DNA of 64,000 nt from an uncultured delta proteobacterium (GCA_963789265.1 CAWBKB010000001.1:736001-800000), one strand, 5' to 3'. Positions 1-10,681 are shown, counted from the first letter of the stretch. The notes: a model not told the origin generated them from the sequence alone. Translations and numbers: made by a program.

Positions 1-1091
1 GGCAAGGGGAGGAATTGGCGCCCCTTGAGGAAAAAGCAAAGGCCACCGGAGCGGACTCCATCCACATTGCGGACTTAAGAGAGGAATTTGTCCGGGATTT
101 TGTTTTTCCCATGTTGCGAGCCAATTCTGCTTACGAAGGCACCTACCTGCTCGGAACCTCGATCGCTCGGCCTTGTATAGCCAAGGCACAGATGGAGGTG
201 GCCGCAAGGGAAAATGCGGATGCGGTGAGTCATGGCGCTACCGGAAAAGGGAACGACCAGGTTCGTTTCGAGTTGGCGTATCTGTCAATAAATCCTGAAA
301 TCACAGTGATTGCTCCCTGGCGAGTTTGGAACATGCGTTCCAGATCGGACCTCATTTCTTATGCCCAGGCGAACGGGATACCGGTGACTTCAACTGCGGA
401 GAAGCCGTACAGCATGGACCGAAATCTGTTCCATCTGAGCTTCGAAGGGGGAATATTGGAAGATCCGTGGGCAGAACCTCCGCGGGATATGTTTGTGCTG
501 ACCGTAGATCCGAGGGACGCTCCGGACAGCCCGGAAGAGACCATCGTCACGTTTGAAGCCGGAAATCCGGTTGCAATCGACGGAAAGACTCTGTCTCCGG
601 CAAAACTGTTGGCGCATCTCAATGTCATTGCCGGCCGCCATGGCGTGGGGCGAGTTGATATGGTGGAGAACCGCTACGTGGGGATGAAAAGCAGAGGAGT
701 TTACGAAACTCCAGGCGGTACGATTCTGCATGTTGCCAGGCGTGCACTGGAATCCATCACACTCGACCGTGAAGTGATGCACTTGAAAGATGAGTGGATT
801 CCTCGGTATGCAACACTTGTATATAACGGGTACTGGTTCGCTCCGGAACGGATGATGCTGCAAGCCGCGATCGACGAGGCTGCGGCCGCGGTTTTCGGGG
901 ACGTGAGATTAAGACTCTATAAAGGAAGTGCTATTGTAACCGGGAGAAGATCGGATCGCTCATTGTATGATGAAAGATTCGCCACGTTCGAAGCGGACCG
1001 GGTCTATTCTCAGGCCGACGCGGACGGATTCATAAGACTCAATGCGTTGCGCCTGAGAATCCGCTCAATGATGCAACGTAAGAGAAGGTGA
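1..1091 (+). CDS. argG: Argininosuccinate synthase (5'-truncated by window edge)
   Basis: [33 protein letters not shown] motifs; frame open back to window start. Confidence 0.97.
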   Translation, partial: QGEELAPLEEKAKATGADSIHIADLREEFVRDFVFPMLRANSAYEGTYLLGTSIARPCIAKAQMEVAARENADAVSHGATGKGNDQVRFELAYLSINPEITVIAPWRVWNMRSRSDLISYAQANGIPVTSTAEKPYSMDRNLFHLSFEGGILEDPWAEPPRDMFVLTVDPRDAPDSPEETIVTFEAGNPVAIDGKTLSPAKLLAHLNVIAGRHGVGRVDMVENRYVGMKSRGVYETPGGTILHVARRALESITLDREVMHLKDEWIPRYATLVYNGYWFAPERMMLQAAIDEAAAAVFGDVRLRLYKGSAIVTGRRSDRSLYDERFATFEADRVYSQADADGFIRLNALRLRIRSMMQRKRR

Positions 1092-1140
1092 ACAGCGCGA
1101 CAAAGCAATTTATTGCTCGCGGATTGCGGCGGAGACGTGG

Positions 1141-2538
1141 ATGGTGAAACGGGTGCAAAACAAAGAGCATTCGGGATCTGGAAAACCTGCGGGCATCCGG
1201 AAAGGTCGCTTCGCGGCTTCGATGGACCCCGCGTTTGCCCGTTTCAATGCTTCCGTCTCCTTTGACAAGAGACTCTTGGAGTATGACATTGCCGGCAGCA
1301 TAGCTCACGTCAAAATGCTCGGCATGCAGGGAATCATATCTCCTGACGATGCCGGCACCATCGAAAGAGGCTTGTCTGAAGTCCTGCTGGACTTTCAGCA
1401 GGGGCGATTCGAATTTCGCGAAGACCTGGAAGATGTTCACATTAACGTTGAAGAGGCGTTGAAATCGAAGATCGGCGAAGTGGCAGGCAAGCTTCACACT
1501 GCGCGAAGTCGAAACGATCAGGTAGCGCTCGATCTTAAGCTCTATTTGAAGGATCAGAACGACCGGGTAAGAGCCGATCTTTTGTCTTTGATGGCTGCCC
1601 TCACGGACAAGAGCGAAGAGAATATTGATCTTATCATGCCGGGCTACACTCATCTTCAGCGAGCCCAACCGGTACGTCTCTCACATCACCTTATGGCTTA
1701 TTTCGAGATGTTTCACCGTGACTGGTTGCGCTTCACAGACACATTAGGGCGTACCGATGAAATGCCTCTGGGGTCCGCGGCCCTTGCCGGCGCCACCTTT
1801 GACATCGACCGGAAAGCAGTTGCAGATCATCTGGGATTCTCCCGGCTCAGTGCCAACTCCATTGATGCAGTTTCAGATAGAGATTTCGCGGCGGAATTCC
1901 TGTTTGATTCTTCTATGGCTATGCTGCATCTATCCCGGCTTGCCGAAGAGCTGATCATCTGGTCCTCCTCCGAGTTCGGCTTCTGCACGCTGCCTGATGC
2001 GTACTGCTCGGGTTCGAGTATCATGCCCCAGAAGAAGAACCCCGACGCGTGCGAGCTGATACGCGGCAAGACGGGACGCGTGTATGGACATCTTGTGGCC
2101 CTTTTGACAACCTTGAAGGCGCTTCCGCTCAGCTACAACAAAGATCTGCAGGAAGACAAGGAGCCGGTATTTGACGTTGTGGATACTCTGCGTGGATCGC
2201 TGGAAATTATGGCCGGTTTGATACGGGGGATTGAATTTCGGTCGGACGCGATGTTTGCCGCTGCATCCGACCCGTCAATGGCTGCAACCGACTTGGCTGA
2301 CCGACTGGTCCGGCAAGGGGTTCCTTTCAGAGAGGCGCATTCGAAAATAGGTGCCATGATTGGCGCGGGCTCGGCCATCGGGTCTCGTGACCATATTGAG
2401 GCCGGGTTGCCCACACCCGAGGAAATGGTTGAGGCGCGAAGTCACAAGGGCGGTACCTCTCGTGCACGGGTAATGGAACAGATTCAGGCTGCGCGGGCTT
2501 TCATGCGGGCTCAGGCCCACGGTCCTTGGAAGCGGTAA
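1141..2538 (+). CDS. argH: Argininosuccinate lyase
   Basis: LHTARSRNDQ, MPGYTHLQRAQP, GSSIMPQKKNPD; follows argG. Confidence 0.97.
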   Translation: MVKRVQNKEHSGSGKPAGIRKGRFAASMDPAFARFNASVSFDKRLLEYDIAGSIAHVKMLGMQGIISPDDAGTIERGLSEVLLDFQQGRFEFREDLEDVHINVEEALKSKIGEVAGKLHTARSRNDQVALDLKLYLKDQNDRVRADLLSLMAALTDKSEENIDLIMPGYTHLQRAQPVRLSHHLMAYFEMFHRDWLRFTDTLGRTDEMPLGSAALAGATFDIDRKAVADHLGFSRLSANSIDAVSDRDFAAEFLFDSSMAMLHLSRLAEELIIWSSSEFGFCTLPDAYCSGSSIMPQKKNPDACELIRGKTGRVYGHLVALLTTLKALPLSYNKDLQEDKEPVFDVVDTLRGSLEIMAGLIRGIEFRSDAMFAAASDPSMAATDLADRLVRQGVPFREAHSKIGAMIGAGSAIGSRDHIEAGLPTPEEMVEARSHKGGTSRARVMEQIQAARAFMRAQAHGPWKR

Positions 2539-2558
2539 TACACGGGAAAGAAGAAGGG

Positions 2559-3605
2559 TTGACGAAGCGGTGGCGAGGAATCTCTTTGATTCTTATTGTC
2601 TCGTCTTTTCTCACCGGCTGCGGATACAAGACGAGCCCGCGGCCTGCCGCGGCCGCAATACCGGGAGATGTTGGTCTGGTTGAGGCCCGCGGCTATCCTG
2701 ATGAGGTGACTCTCAAATGGCACGTCCCCCTGTCGAATACTGATGGGTCTCTTGTGACCGACCTCTCAGGCTTCAAAGTCTACCGAACGGCCCAAAAGGT
2801 TGGCGAAGAGTGCGAAAATTGTGAAGAAAAGAAGAAAATGTACGCAAACGTGGATTTCCAGAACCCGACTAACGCAGTTATAAACAAAGGAGAAGTCTTG
2901 TATGCCGATAAAGGGGTGACGCCCGGCAACATTTACTCTTATCATGTAGGCGCTTACAATTTAAGGGGTCGGGAAGGGCCGGAAAGCCAGGTTGTGACGG
3001 TAGTTTATGACAAGCTTCCTCCCGCACCGGAGGGCTTGCGGGGCGGGGTCCGTGCCGGTGCGGTGACTCTAGAGTGGACAGCGCCCGCTCAAACGGCGGA
3101 AATCGAAGGTTACCTGGTCTATAGGGGAATTACCGATAAACCTGGTGAGATGAAGGTCGTCGGCGGCACGAAGAAGAATGAGACCGCCTATATAGACAAG
3201 GATGTGGAAAAGGAAAAGACATACTATTACCTTGTGAGGTCGTTCGAAGTTAACCGAGGCGTTTCACTGGAATCCAGTCCATCCACTGTGGTAAAAATGT
3301 CTGTGCCGTCCGTTCAATGGAAACCTCCCGAGAACATCAATACGGTTGCAACTCCGGATGAAATACGCATTTGGTGGGATAAAGTGAAAATCCCGAATGA
3401 GGAGACTCGTTACAATATTTATCGGCGCGAAGCTGGCAATATGTTTATCAAGATTAACTCGAAGCCCCTTAGCGATCCTTGGTACGACGACAGGGACGTG
3501 CGTAAAGGCGTCACATACCGATATGCCGTTACTGCGTTTCCCGCTGGAAGACCCGAGGAAGAATCGCGGAAGGCAGGTTCCGAGGCCGTCAAATTCCGTC
3601 CGTAG
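2559..3605 (+). CDS. Lipoprotein with about three fibronectin type III domains
   Basis: Lipobox FLTGC; repeated W...GY/FxVYR...YxDxxV..GxxYxY FN3 pattern; TTG start at 2559 inferred. Confidence 0.8.
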   Translation: MTKRWRGISLILIVSSFLTGCGYKTSPRPAAAAIPGDVGLVEARGYPDEVTLKWHVPLSNTDGSLVTDLSGFKVYRTAQKVGEECENCEEKKKMYANVDFQNPTNAVINKGEVLYADKGVTPGNIYSYHVGAYNLRGREGPESQVVTVVYDKLPPAPEGLRGGVRAGAVTLEWTAPAQTAEIEGYLVYRGITDKPGEMKVVGGTKKNETAYIDKDVEKEKTYYYLVRSFEVNRGVSLESSPSTVVKMSVPSVQWKPPENINTVATPDEIRIWWDKVKIPNEETRYNIYRREAGNMFIKINSKPLSDPWYDDRDVRKGVTYRYAVTAFPAGRPEEESRKAGSEAVKFRP

Positions 3606-3617
3606 TCGGAAGTGTAG

Positions 3618-4901
3618 ATGCATCATTTTCATTACGTTAATGAGGAACTTTACTGCGAAGATGTCCCCATAAGCCGAATTTGTCGGGATGTGGGCACTCC
3701 TCTGTTCGTGTACAGTCGAGAGACTCTGGAAAGGCACTTCAAGATCTTTCAAGAGCCTTTTCAGTCGGTAGATCATCTGATCTGCTATTCAATGAAGGCT
3801 TGTTCCAACCTGGCAATTCTCAGGATATTCGCCAACCTGGGAGGAGGTCTGGACATTGTTTCCGGCGGCGAGCTCTACCGAGCGTTGAAAGCCGGCGTCG
3901 ATCCGTCACGGGTGGTCTACTCAGGCGTGGGCAAGAAAGCCTCCGAAATGGATGAAGCCCTGACCGCTGACATCCTTCTGTTTAACGTCGAGTCGGAAGA
4001 GGAATTAAGCCTTTTGGATCGGCGAGCCCGTGCCCTTGGGAAACGAGCCCGCATAGCGTTACGCGTCAATCCGGACGTGGATCCGCTGACTCATCCTTAC
4101 ATCTCTACCGGCTTGAAAAAGAACAAGTTCGGAATCGACGTGGAACGATCTGTCGAGCTTTACCGCGAAGCCCTCCGCATGGACGGAATCGAACCTCTGG
4201 GTGTAGACTGTCATATCGGCAGCCAGGTCATGGAATTGGCGCCGTTTCTGGATGCTATTGACCGAATTAAAGAATTAATTGAAATTTTACGTGCCGACAA
4301 TGTTGAAGTTCAGTATCTGGATATAGGTGGCGGCCTTGGCATCCCTTATGATGACCAGGAGGCTCCGCCGCTGCCGGCTGCTTATGGAGCAGCCATTCTT
4401 CAGCGCCTGGAAGGTATGAACTTGACATTGATACTGGAACCGGGGCGCCTGTTGGTGGGGAATGCCGGCATCTTGGTCACCGAAGTTCTCTATCAGAAAC
4501 AGGGTCCGGACAAGAAATTCGTCATCGTGGATGCTGCCATGAACGATTTGATTCGTCCGAGCCTTTACGATGCATACCATTCAGTGTGGAAAGTGTCCAA
4601 AAACCGAGCCCGGACAACTCGCCGCAAGCGGATCATCGCAGACCTGGTGGGTCCAATCTGCGAGTCAGGGGACTTCTTGGCGCAGTCAAGAGAAATCGAG
4701 CCCGTTGAGTCGGGTGAATTGCTGGCGCTCATGAGTGCCGGCGCCTACGGCTTTTCCATGTCCTCAAACTACAACTCACGCCCAAGAGCAGCCGAGGTCC
4801 TTGTTGAGAAGGACAAATACTTCGTTATCCGGGATCGGGAAAGTTACGAGGATCTGATTCGAGGAGAACGAATACCCCGGAAGTTCTCCAAATCCCGCTA
4901 A
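3618..4901 (+). CDS. lysA: Diaminopimelate decarboxylase
   Basis: YSMKAC (PLP lysine), HIGSQ, GPICESGD, GAYGFSMSSNYNSRPR. Confidence 0.97.
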   Translation: MHHFHYVNEELYCEDVPISRICRDVGTPLFVYSRETLERHFKIFQEPFQSVDHLICYSMKACSNLAILRIFANLGGGLDIVSGGELYRALKAGVDPSRVVYSGVGKKASEMDEALTADILLFNVESEEELSLLDRRARALGKRARIALRVNPDVDPLTHPYISTGLKKNKFGIDVERSVELYREALRMDGIEPLGVDCHIGSQVMELAPFLDAIDRIKELIEILRADNVEVQYLDIGGGLGIPYDDQEAPPLPAAYGAAILQRLEGMNLTLILEPGRLLVGNAGILVTEVLYQKQGPDKKFVIVDAAMNDLIRPSLYDAYHSVWKVSKNRARTTRRKRIIADLVGPICESGDFLAQSREIEPVESGELLALMSAGAYGFSMSSNYNSRPRAAEVLVEKDKYFVIRDRESYEDLIRGERIPRKFSKSR

Positions 4902-4912
4902 AGGAGCAGAGG

Positions 4913-5785
4913 ATGTTTTCAGGAACCTTTACCGCCATAGTGACACCGTTCAAAAACGGCCGAGTAGATGAAGCGGCTCTTAGGGAATTGATCCGCTTCG
5001 GTATTGACGGAGGGGTGAGTGGATTCGTCCCCTGCGGCACAACTGGAGAATCCCCTGCCCTGAGCCATGAAGAGCACAACCGTGTCATCGAGCTTACGGT
5101 CAAAGAGGTGGCCGGCCAGGTCAAGGTGATCGCAGGGACGGGCTCAAACAGCACCCAAGAGGCGATATCTCTAACGCGCCACGCCAAGTCGGTGGGCGCG
5201 GATGCAGCGTTGATGGTTTCGCCTTACTACAACAAGCCGACACAAGAAGGATTGTATCAACATTTCAAGGCCGTTGCCGAGGCCGTTGATATTCCCATCA
5301 TCCTCTACAACATTCAGGGACGAACGGCAGTCAACATAGAAAACCGGACCGTGGAACGACTCGCCGGAATCCCGAACATCGTCGGAGTTAAAGAGGCGTC
5401 CGGGTCCATACTCCAGATGAGCGAAGTCCTCAGGCTTTGCGGGTCGGGATTTGACGTTTTGTCGGGAGACGACCAGATGACGTTCCCTCTGATGGCCCTT
5501 GGAGGAAAGGGCGTTGTCTCGGTTGTGTCTAATATTGCACCCGAGAAAATGTCATCCATGGTGAACGCTATGTTGGCGGCCGAAGTTGAGAAAGGTCGCG
5601 CCATGCATTTTGATATCTTCGAGCTGAGCCAGGCGATGATGATAGAGACCAACCCGATTCCTGTTAAGACTGCGCTGGGACTTATGGGCAAGATTCAACC
5701 GGAGTTCCGTCTTCCTCTCTGCCCTCCGTCCGAAACTAATCTCGAGAAACTGAAGACCGTCCTGGAGAAGTACGGGATTCTTTAG
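4913..5785 (+). CDS. dapA: 4-hydroxy-tetrahydrodipicolinate synthase
   Basis: GTTGES, PYYNKP, LYNIQGRT, GVKEASG, ETNPIPVK. Confidence 0.97.
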   Translation: MFSGTFTAIVTPFKNGRVDEAALRELIRFGIDGGVSGFVPCGTTGESPALSHEEHNRVIELTVKEVAGQVKVIAGTGSNSTQEAISLTRHAKSVGADAALMVSPYYNKPTQEGLYQHFKAVAEAVDIPIILYNIQGRTAVNIENRTVERLAGIPNIVGVKEASGSILQMSEVLRLCGSGFDVLSGDDQMTFPLMALGGKGVVSVVSNIAPEKMSSMVNAMLAAEVEKGRAMHFDIFELSQAMMIETNPIPVKTALGLMGKIQPEFRLPLCPPSETNLEKLKTVLEKYGIL

Positions 5786-5786
5786 A

Positions 5787-6602
5787 ATGGAGTCAAGGAT
5801 GAAAATTGCCGTCAGCGGAGCCGCGGGCAGAATGGGCAAAAGGATCCTTGCCTTGGCTCACGAGCATTCGGATATCGAGATCGCAGGTGCGCTGGAACAC
5901 CCCGAGCATCCGGCGATTGGTAGCGATGCCGGTGAGACCGCGGGCATTGGACATATTGGTGTTCCCATCAGCACCGACGTCAAGGCAGTGCTGGAAAAAT
6001 GTGACGCCCTGGTTGAATTCTCCGCTCCGGCGGTCTCTGTTGAGCATGCCAAGGCGGCCGCGGCCGCGGGAAAGGCTATTGTGGTCGGCACCACGGGCTT
6101 TTCAGAGGACCAAAAGCAGGATCTCTCACAGGTGGGGATTCGGACGCGATGTCTTGTATCTCCTAACATGAGCATGGGGGTCAACCTATTGTTCAGTATA
6201 ACAGAGAAGGTTGCCCGTGCCCTGAGTTCCGGATACGACGTGGAAATTATAGAAGCGCATCACAGAATGAAAAAAGATGCCCCAAGCGGTACAGCGGACA
6301 AGCTGGCTCAGATAGTTGCAAAGACACTCGGAAGAGACCTGAAGGATGCCGGCACTTACGGCAGACATGGTATCATAGGGGAGCGCAAACCGCACGAGAT
6401 AGGCATAATGGCCATCCGTGGGGGAGACATCGTTGGTGACCACACAGTGATGTTCGTTACGAACGGCGAGCGCATAGAGTTGACTCACAGGCTTCACAGC
6501 AGGGATGCATTGGCCAATGGCGCAATTCAAGCCGCTCTGTGGTTGGTTGCTCGCCCAAACGGGCTATATGACATGCTGGATGTATTGGGCCTGAAGGCAT
6601 AG
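5787..6602 (+). CDS. dapB: 4-hydroxy-tetrahydrodipicolinate reductase
   Basis: GAAGRMG, GTTG, EAHHRMKKDAPSGTA (start may be 5799). Confidence 0.97.
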   Translation: MESRMKIAVSGAAGRMGKRILALAHEHSDIEIAGALEHPEHPAIGSDAGETAGIGHIGVPISTDVKAVLEKCDALVEFSAPAVSVEHAKAAAAAGKAIVVGTTGFSEDQKQDLSQVGIRTRCLVSPNMSMGVNLLFSITEKVARALSSGYDVEIIEAHHRMKKDAPSGTADKLAQIVAKTLGRDLKDAGTYGRHGIIGERKPHEIGIMAIRGGDIVGDHTVMFVTNGERIELTHRLHSRDALANGAIQAALWLVARPNGLYDMLDVLGLKA

Positions 6603-6604
6603 CA

Positions 6605-7348
6605 ATGAGACTAGCGAGGTTTGCAGTCAATAATCAGGTTTTTCGCGGTCGCCTCGAGGGAGAGAAGCTTTTCCCGATTGAGGAAGGTGCCTTTTCGGGT
6701 GAGTTCTCTTTGGAGCAGGTCAAGTTGTTGCCACCTTCGCTTCCCACCAAAATTGTGGCTATTGGCCTGAACTATCGCGATCATGCCGAAGAAGTAAAAT
6801 TACCGCTCCCTGACGAACCTCTTCTCTTCCTTAAGCCGCCATCCAGTGTGATCGGTCCCGGCGATCGGATTGTCTTGCCGGCTCAAAGCGCACGCGTGGA
6901 TTATGAGGCGGAATTGGCAATCGTCATCGCAAAGACTGCCAAGCACGTGTCGCGAGATGCCGCGCACGAGTACATTCTGGGCTACACCTGTCTCAACGAC
7001 GTCACCGCCCGCGATTTGCAAACCAAGGACGGCCAATGGACCAGATCCAAGGGCTTCGATACCTTCTGTCCCGTAGGTCCATGGATCGAGACTGCTGTAG
7101 ATCCTTCAGATCTCAAGATCGAACTTTTTCTAAATGGAGTGCGCAAGCAAGAATCGCGAACTTCCAACCTCATTTTTGACTCTTATAGTCTTGTGGAATT
7201 TATTTCCAATGTCATGACCCTTCTGCCCGGCGATTTAATCGCCACCGGGACCACGTCGGGAATAGGTCCCATGAAAGCGGGTGATGATGTTGAGGTTCGA
7301 ATAGAGGGGATAGGGTCGCTGAAAAATGTTGTCGTCGGCAGCACCTGA
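6605..7348 (+). CDS. Fumarylacetoacetate hydrolase family protein
   Basis: IGLNYRDH, DYEAEL, NDVTARD, KGFDTFCP, GDLIATGT. Confidence 0.92.
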   Translation: MRLARFAVNNQVFRGRLEGEKLFPIEEGAFSGEFSLEQVKLLPPSLPTKIVAIGLNYRDHAEEVKLPLPDEPLLFLKPPSSVIGPGDRIVLPAQSARVDYEAELAIVIAKTAKHVSRDAAHEYILGYTCLNDVTARDLQTKDGQWTRSKGFDTFCPVGPWIETAVDPSDLKIELFLNGVRKQESRTSNLIFDSYSLVEFISNVMTLLPGDLIATGTTSGIGPMKAGDDVEVRIEGIGSLKNVVVGST

Positions 7349-7870
7349 TGAGTCCTAATGCTTATATTGCCTTTGGTTCCAACCTTGGGGATCGCGAGCT
7401 AAAGTACCGGGAAGCCTTGGCCGCTCTGGCCGAGCTTCTGGTCACAACCGTTAGGAAGCACTCCGGGCTTTACGAAACCGAGCCGGTAGCTCTCACGGAC
7501 AACGGTTTGAAGTTTCTCAACGCGGCTGTGGCCCTGAAGACCGATCTCTCCCCGGTCGAACTGATGAAGATGTTGCGTGTCATTGAACTCAATCTCGGGA
7601 AGTCGCCCACTCATCGAAGTGACTTGTCTCGGGTCATTGACCTGGATCTGCTTTTGTACGAAGACCTCCGCATTTCCGGGGACGGATTGGAAATTCCGCA
7701 TCCAAGAATGCACCATCGGGCATTCGTGTTGGTGCCGTTGAGTGAGATACGCGGCTGAGGCCGTGCACCCGGTGCTGGGATGCGCCGTTGGAAGGCTCCT
7801 GGATCTCCTGCCTTCTTCAGAGCGGGCGAAGTGTGTACCGTGGCCCTCCTGCGGGCCCGGCGGGAACTGA
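7348..7870 (+). CDS. folK: 2-amino-4-hydroxy-6-hydroxymethyldihydropteridine diphosphokinase, apparent +1 frameshift at about 7750
   Basis: GSNLGDR, RVIDLDLL, IPHPRM..RAFVLVPL; removing one base at about 7750 restores EIAAEAVHPVLG and a stop at 7868-7870. Confidence 0.9.
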
Positions 7871-7871
7871 C

Positions 7872-8141
7872 ATGTTTATCGTAAGATTTTTCCTGGTAGT
7901 GCTCCTGACGTGTATGGTGCTCAAGATCTTGTCTATGGTAGGCCGGTACCTGGGGTCTCAGTTCGGAGCACCTCAAGTCAAGGCCGATAATAGTCCGACA
8001 GGAATCAAGGAGATGGTCCGCGATCCCGTGTGCGGCCTGTATATTCCCGGCGATGGGGCCGTCGGATTGATCGACGACGGCAAGGTCATTCACTTCTGCT
8101 CGGAAGAGTGCCGACAAAAGTTTATCAATAATCAGAAATGA
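7872..8141 (+). CDS. Small membrane-anchored YHS/TRASH domain protein
   Basis: N-terminal hydrophobic helix; MVRDPVCG...HFCSEEC. Confidence 0.8.
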   Translation: MFIVRFFLVVLLTCMVLKILSMVGRYLGSQFGAPQVKADNSPTGIKEMVRDPVCGLYIPGDGAVGLIDDGKVIHFCSEECRQKFINNQK

Positions 8142-8148
8142 CAGTCAG

Positions 8149-9681
8149 ATGGCTATCCTCACAGAAGGTGCAAAAATACTTATCGCTGACGATTCCGAGA
8201 TTCTGAACAACATGCTGAAGGACGTGTTCGAGGAGAACGGCTTTGAGGTGGTACAAGCTTTCAATGGAATTGAGTGCAAGAGCGTCTTTCTCCAACACCA
8301 GCCCGACGTGGCCTTTGTCGATGTGCAGATGCCAAAGATAGACGGTATCGAAGTGCTTCGTTATATAAAAGAACGGTCACCGCGCACCATTGTAGTGATG
8401 ATGACCGGCTCTGGTAACGAGGAAACCGCTGTCAAAGCCATGAAACTGGGGGCAGATGAATATTTGAGCAAGCCCTTCCCCACGGTGGAAGTAGTGGCGC
8501 TGGCTACCAGACTTCTGGAAGATCGCCATGCGGGCGAATTGAACGTCAAGCAAAACAACAAAACCCGTCGTAGCGAGCGACACCTCGCGCATTTAACCAC
8601 AATCATCAACGAAGCGCTGATAACGACCGATCCGGCAGGCCGAATCCAGTTTGTCAACAATGCAGTGTCCAATCTATGGGGATATTCTGCCGAGGAGCTG
8701 CAAGGCAAGGACATACATTTTCTGATCCGCGGGGAGGGCAATACCCTTCTCTACAGGGATTTGGTGAAGGATAGCATCCATGACGGGAAGATCGAAGGGG
8801 AATTTCACTTCAGGAGAAAGGACAAAGGTTCCTTCCCGGGTTATCTGTCTACTTCCGTGATTAAGGAAAGTGGACGCATCACAGGGATCGTGATCGTCGT
8901 GGCAGACCTGACCCGACTCTATGAGGTGGAGCGAAGGCTCAAGCAAACGGAGAAACTGGCTTCGTTGGGCAAAGTGGTGGAGGGAATCGCCCATGAGGTT
9001 AGGAATTGCCTGACTTCTTTAGGAGGATTTGCCCTTCGTCTGCAAAGGATCACGTCGGGCGATCCGCTTTGCGGCAAATACACCGGTATCATGCTGAATG
9101 ATGTATCCCGCCTGGAACAGATGGTCAAAGACATTGAGGACTACGTTCGCTTCTCCAAGTTTTATACATATCATTTCGACAAGACCGAGCTTGTCCCGAT
9201 AATGAAACGGGCGCGTGATAAGTCGGCTCAAATGCTTTCAGCAGATACAACTGCGGCGGTGTCGTTCATATTGAAGGCCGATGCCGCCCTTCCTCTTATC
9301 TACGCAGACCCGGTCGCTCTGGAAGAGGTTTTTTACAATCTTATTCTAAACGCATACGAAGCTATGCCCCGAGGGGGGAGACTGAAAGTAACCCTCACAA
9401 AGCTGCCGTCAGCCGTATCGGTCTCGGTTTCCGACACAGGGGTGGGAATTCGCAGCGAAGACCTCTCCGATATCTTCAACCCCTTTGTCAGTTCCAAGAC
9501 CGCTGGAGCGGGAATGGGGCTTTGCAAGGTGTATCTTCTTGTCGAAGAACATCGAGGAATCGTGAATGTGACTTCTCAGCTCAATAAGGGAACCACTTTC
9601 GAGGTTCTCCTGCCGGTGGAAAGGCTCCTGACCGGACTGTTTCCCTGGGAGGTCGCATCACCCGGAGGGTACTTCAAATAG
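8149..9681 (+). CDS. Receiver-PAS-histidine kinase hybrid
   Basis: REC (ADD, DVQMP, KPF), PAS, H-box IAHEVRN, N/G boxes (NAYEAM, DTGVG, GMGL). Confidence 0.93.
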   Translation: MAILTEGAKILIADDSEILNNMLKDVFEENGFEVVQAFNGIECKSVFLQHQPDVAFVDVQMPKIDGIEVLRYIKERSPRTIVVMMTGSGNEETAVKAMKLGADEYLSKPFPTVEVVALATRLLEDRHAGELNVKQNNKTRRSERHLAHLTTIINEALITTDPAGRIQFVNNAVSNLWGYSAEELQGKDIHFLIRGEGNTLLYRDLVKDSIHDGKIEGEFHFRRKDKGSFPGYLSTSVIKESGRITGIVIVVADLTRLYEVERRLKQTEKLASLGKVVEGIAHEVRNCLTSLGGFALRLQRITSGDPLCGKYTGIMLNDVSRLEQMVKDIEDYVRFSKFYTYHFDKTELVPIMKRARDKSAQMLSADTTAAVSFILKADAALPLIYADPVALEEVFYNLILNAYEAMPRGGRLKVTLTKLPSAVSVSVSDTGVGIRSEDLSDIFNPFVSSKTAGAGMGLCKVYLLVEEHRGIVNVTSQLNKGTTFEVLLPVERLLTGLFPWEVASPGGYFK

Positions 9682-9757
9682 CATCCTTCGATAGAAACAA
9701 GGGCTAGGAAAAGGGTCCCGGCGACATAGGCGTTAAAATAGCGAGCCTGCCCTCTGT

Positions 9758-9955
9758 GAGCCCTGGAGGGGCTCAATGATAGTAGCCCGGCAATTCATTG
9801 CCGGGTGGGCGATAAGCAATGATTCAACCTTCGTCCCCGTGGGGCGCCCGAAGGATGCATCCTTCGGGCGCCCCACGGGGACGAAGAAAAGTCTCTTGGC
9901 GGTTCATTCCCGGCGATAAATCGCCGGGCTATTATCAGGATGTCCCTCCGGGACG
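9758..9955. repeat. REP-like inverted pair enclosing a perfect 58-bp palindrome (9829-9886)
   Basis: Hairpins cccggcaattcattgccggg and cccggcgataaatcgccggg in inverted arrangement; central cttcgtccccgtggggcgcccgaaggatg|catccttcgggcgccccacggggacgaag. Confidence 0.85.
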
Positions 9956-10048
9956 AAAAGGACTCGAAGCTTATTTTAACGCCTATGGGTCCCACCGAAG
10001 GCCATTTTAGGGCGCATCAGATAAGTGAAGCTTGCAGCGGAGAGTAGT

Positions 10049-10666
10049 ATGCAACTCCGGATATTAATTCTCTTGGCAGCGGCTCTGAGCCTGGCAATCA
10101 GTGCCGTGCCGGGTACAGCACACGCGGACATTTTTGTCCGAATCCACCAGGACGGTCAAAAAGAATTCACCAACAGGCCGTCAGGTCCGGGTTGGATATT
10201 TTACATGACCGAGTCGGGGTACGAGCCTATCGTCCGTTTTTCAAAAGCAGGCAAGCCGAAAAGTCTGGATCAAATCATCAATGAGATTGCAAAAGAGTAC
10301 CGGGTCGACGCCTGCCTTGTCAAAGCTATCGTTACCGCTGAGTCAAACTGCAATCCGCTGGCAAAATCCGCAAAGGGGGCTCAGGGCCTGATGCAACTCA
10401 TGCCCGCAACCGCCAAGGGTCTCAAGGTCGAGAAGCCGTTCGATCCCAGGCAAAACGTTGTGGGCGGGGTGAAATACATAAAGGGCCTGATGGCTTCGTA
10501 CGGAGACCTCCGGGTAGCCCTTGCGGCATACAATGCCGGACCCGGTGCGGTTCACAAATACTTGGGCATACCTCCTTACCGTGAAACCATTAACTACGTG
10601 GCAAAAGTGATCCGTTATTACAATAAGTTCAAGCGAAATCCCACTCTCAAGATAGCAGGCAGCTAA
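10049..10666 (+). CDS. Lytic transglycosylase (SLT domain), exported
   Basis: Signal peptide; AES, GAQGLMQLMP, AAYNAG, ETINYV. Confidence 0.92.
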   Translation: MQLRILILLAAALSLAISAVPGTAHADIFVRIHQDGQKEFTNRPSGPGWIFYMTESGYEPIVRFSKAGKPKSLDQIINEIAKEYRVDACLVKAIVTAESNCNPLAKSAKGAQGLMQLMPATAKGLKVEKPFDPRQNVVGGVKYIKGLMASYGDLRVALAAYNAGPGAVHKYLGIPPYRETINYVAKVIRYYNKFKRNPTLKIAGS

Positions 10667-10681
10667 TACGAACGGAAGCAC

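Noticed and set aside
9795..10010. Mirror ORFs with identical peptide on both strands
   Set aside because: Consequence of the perfect palindrome
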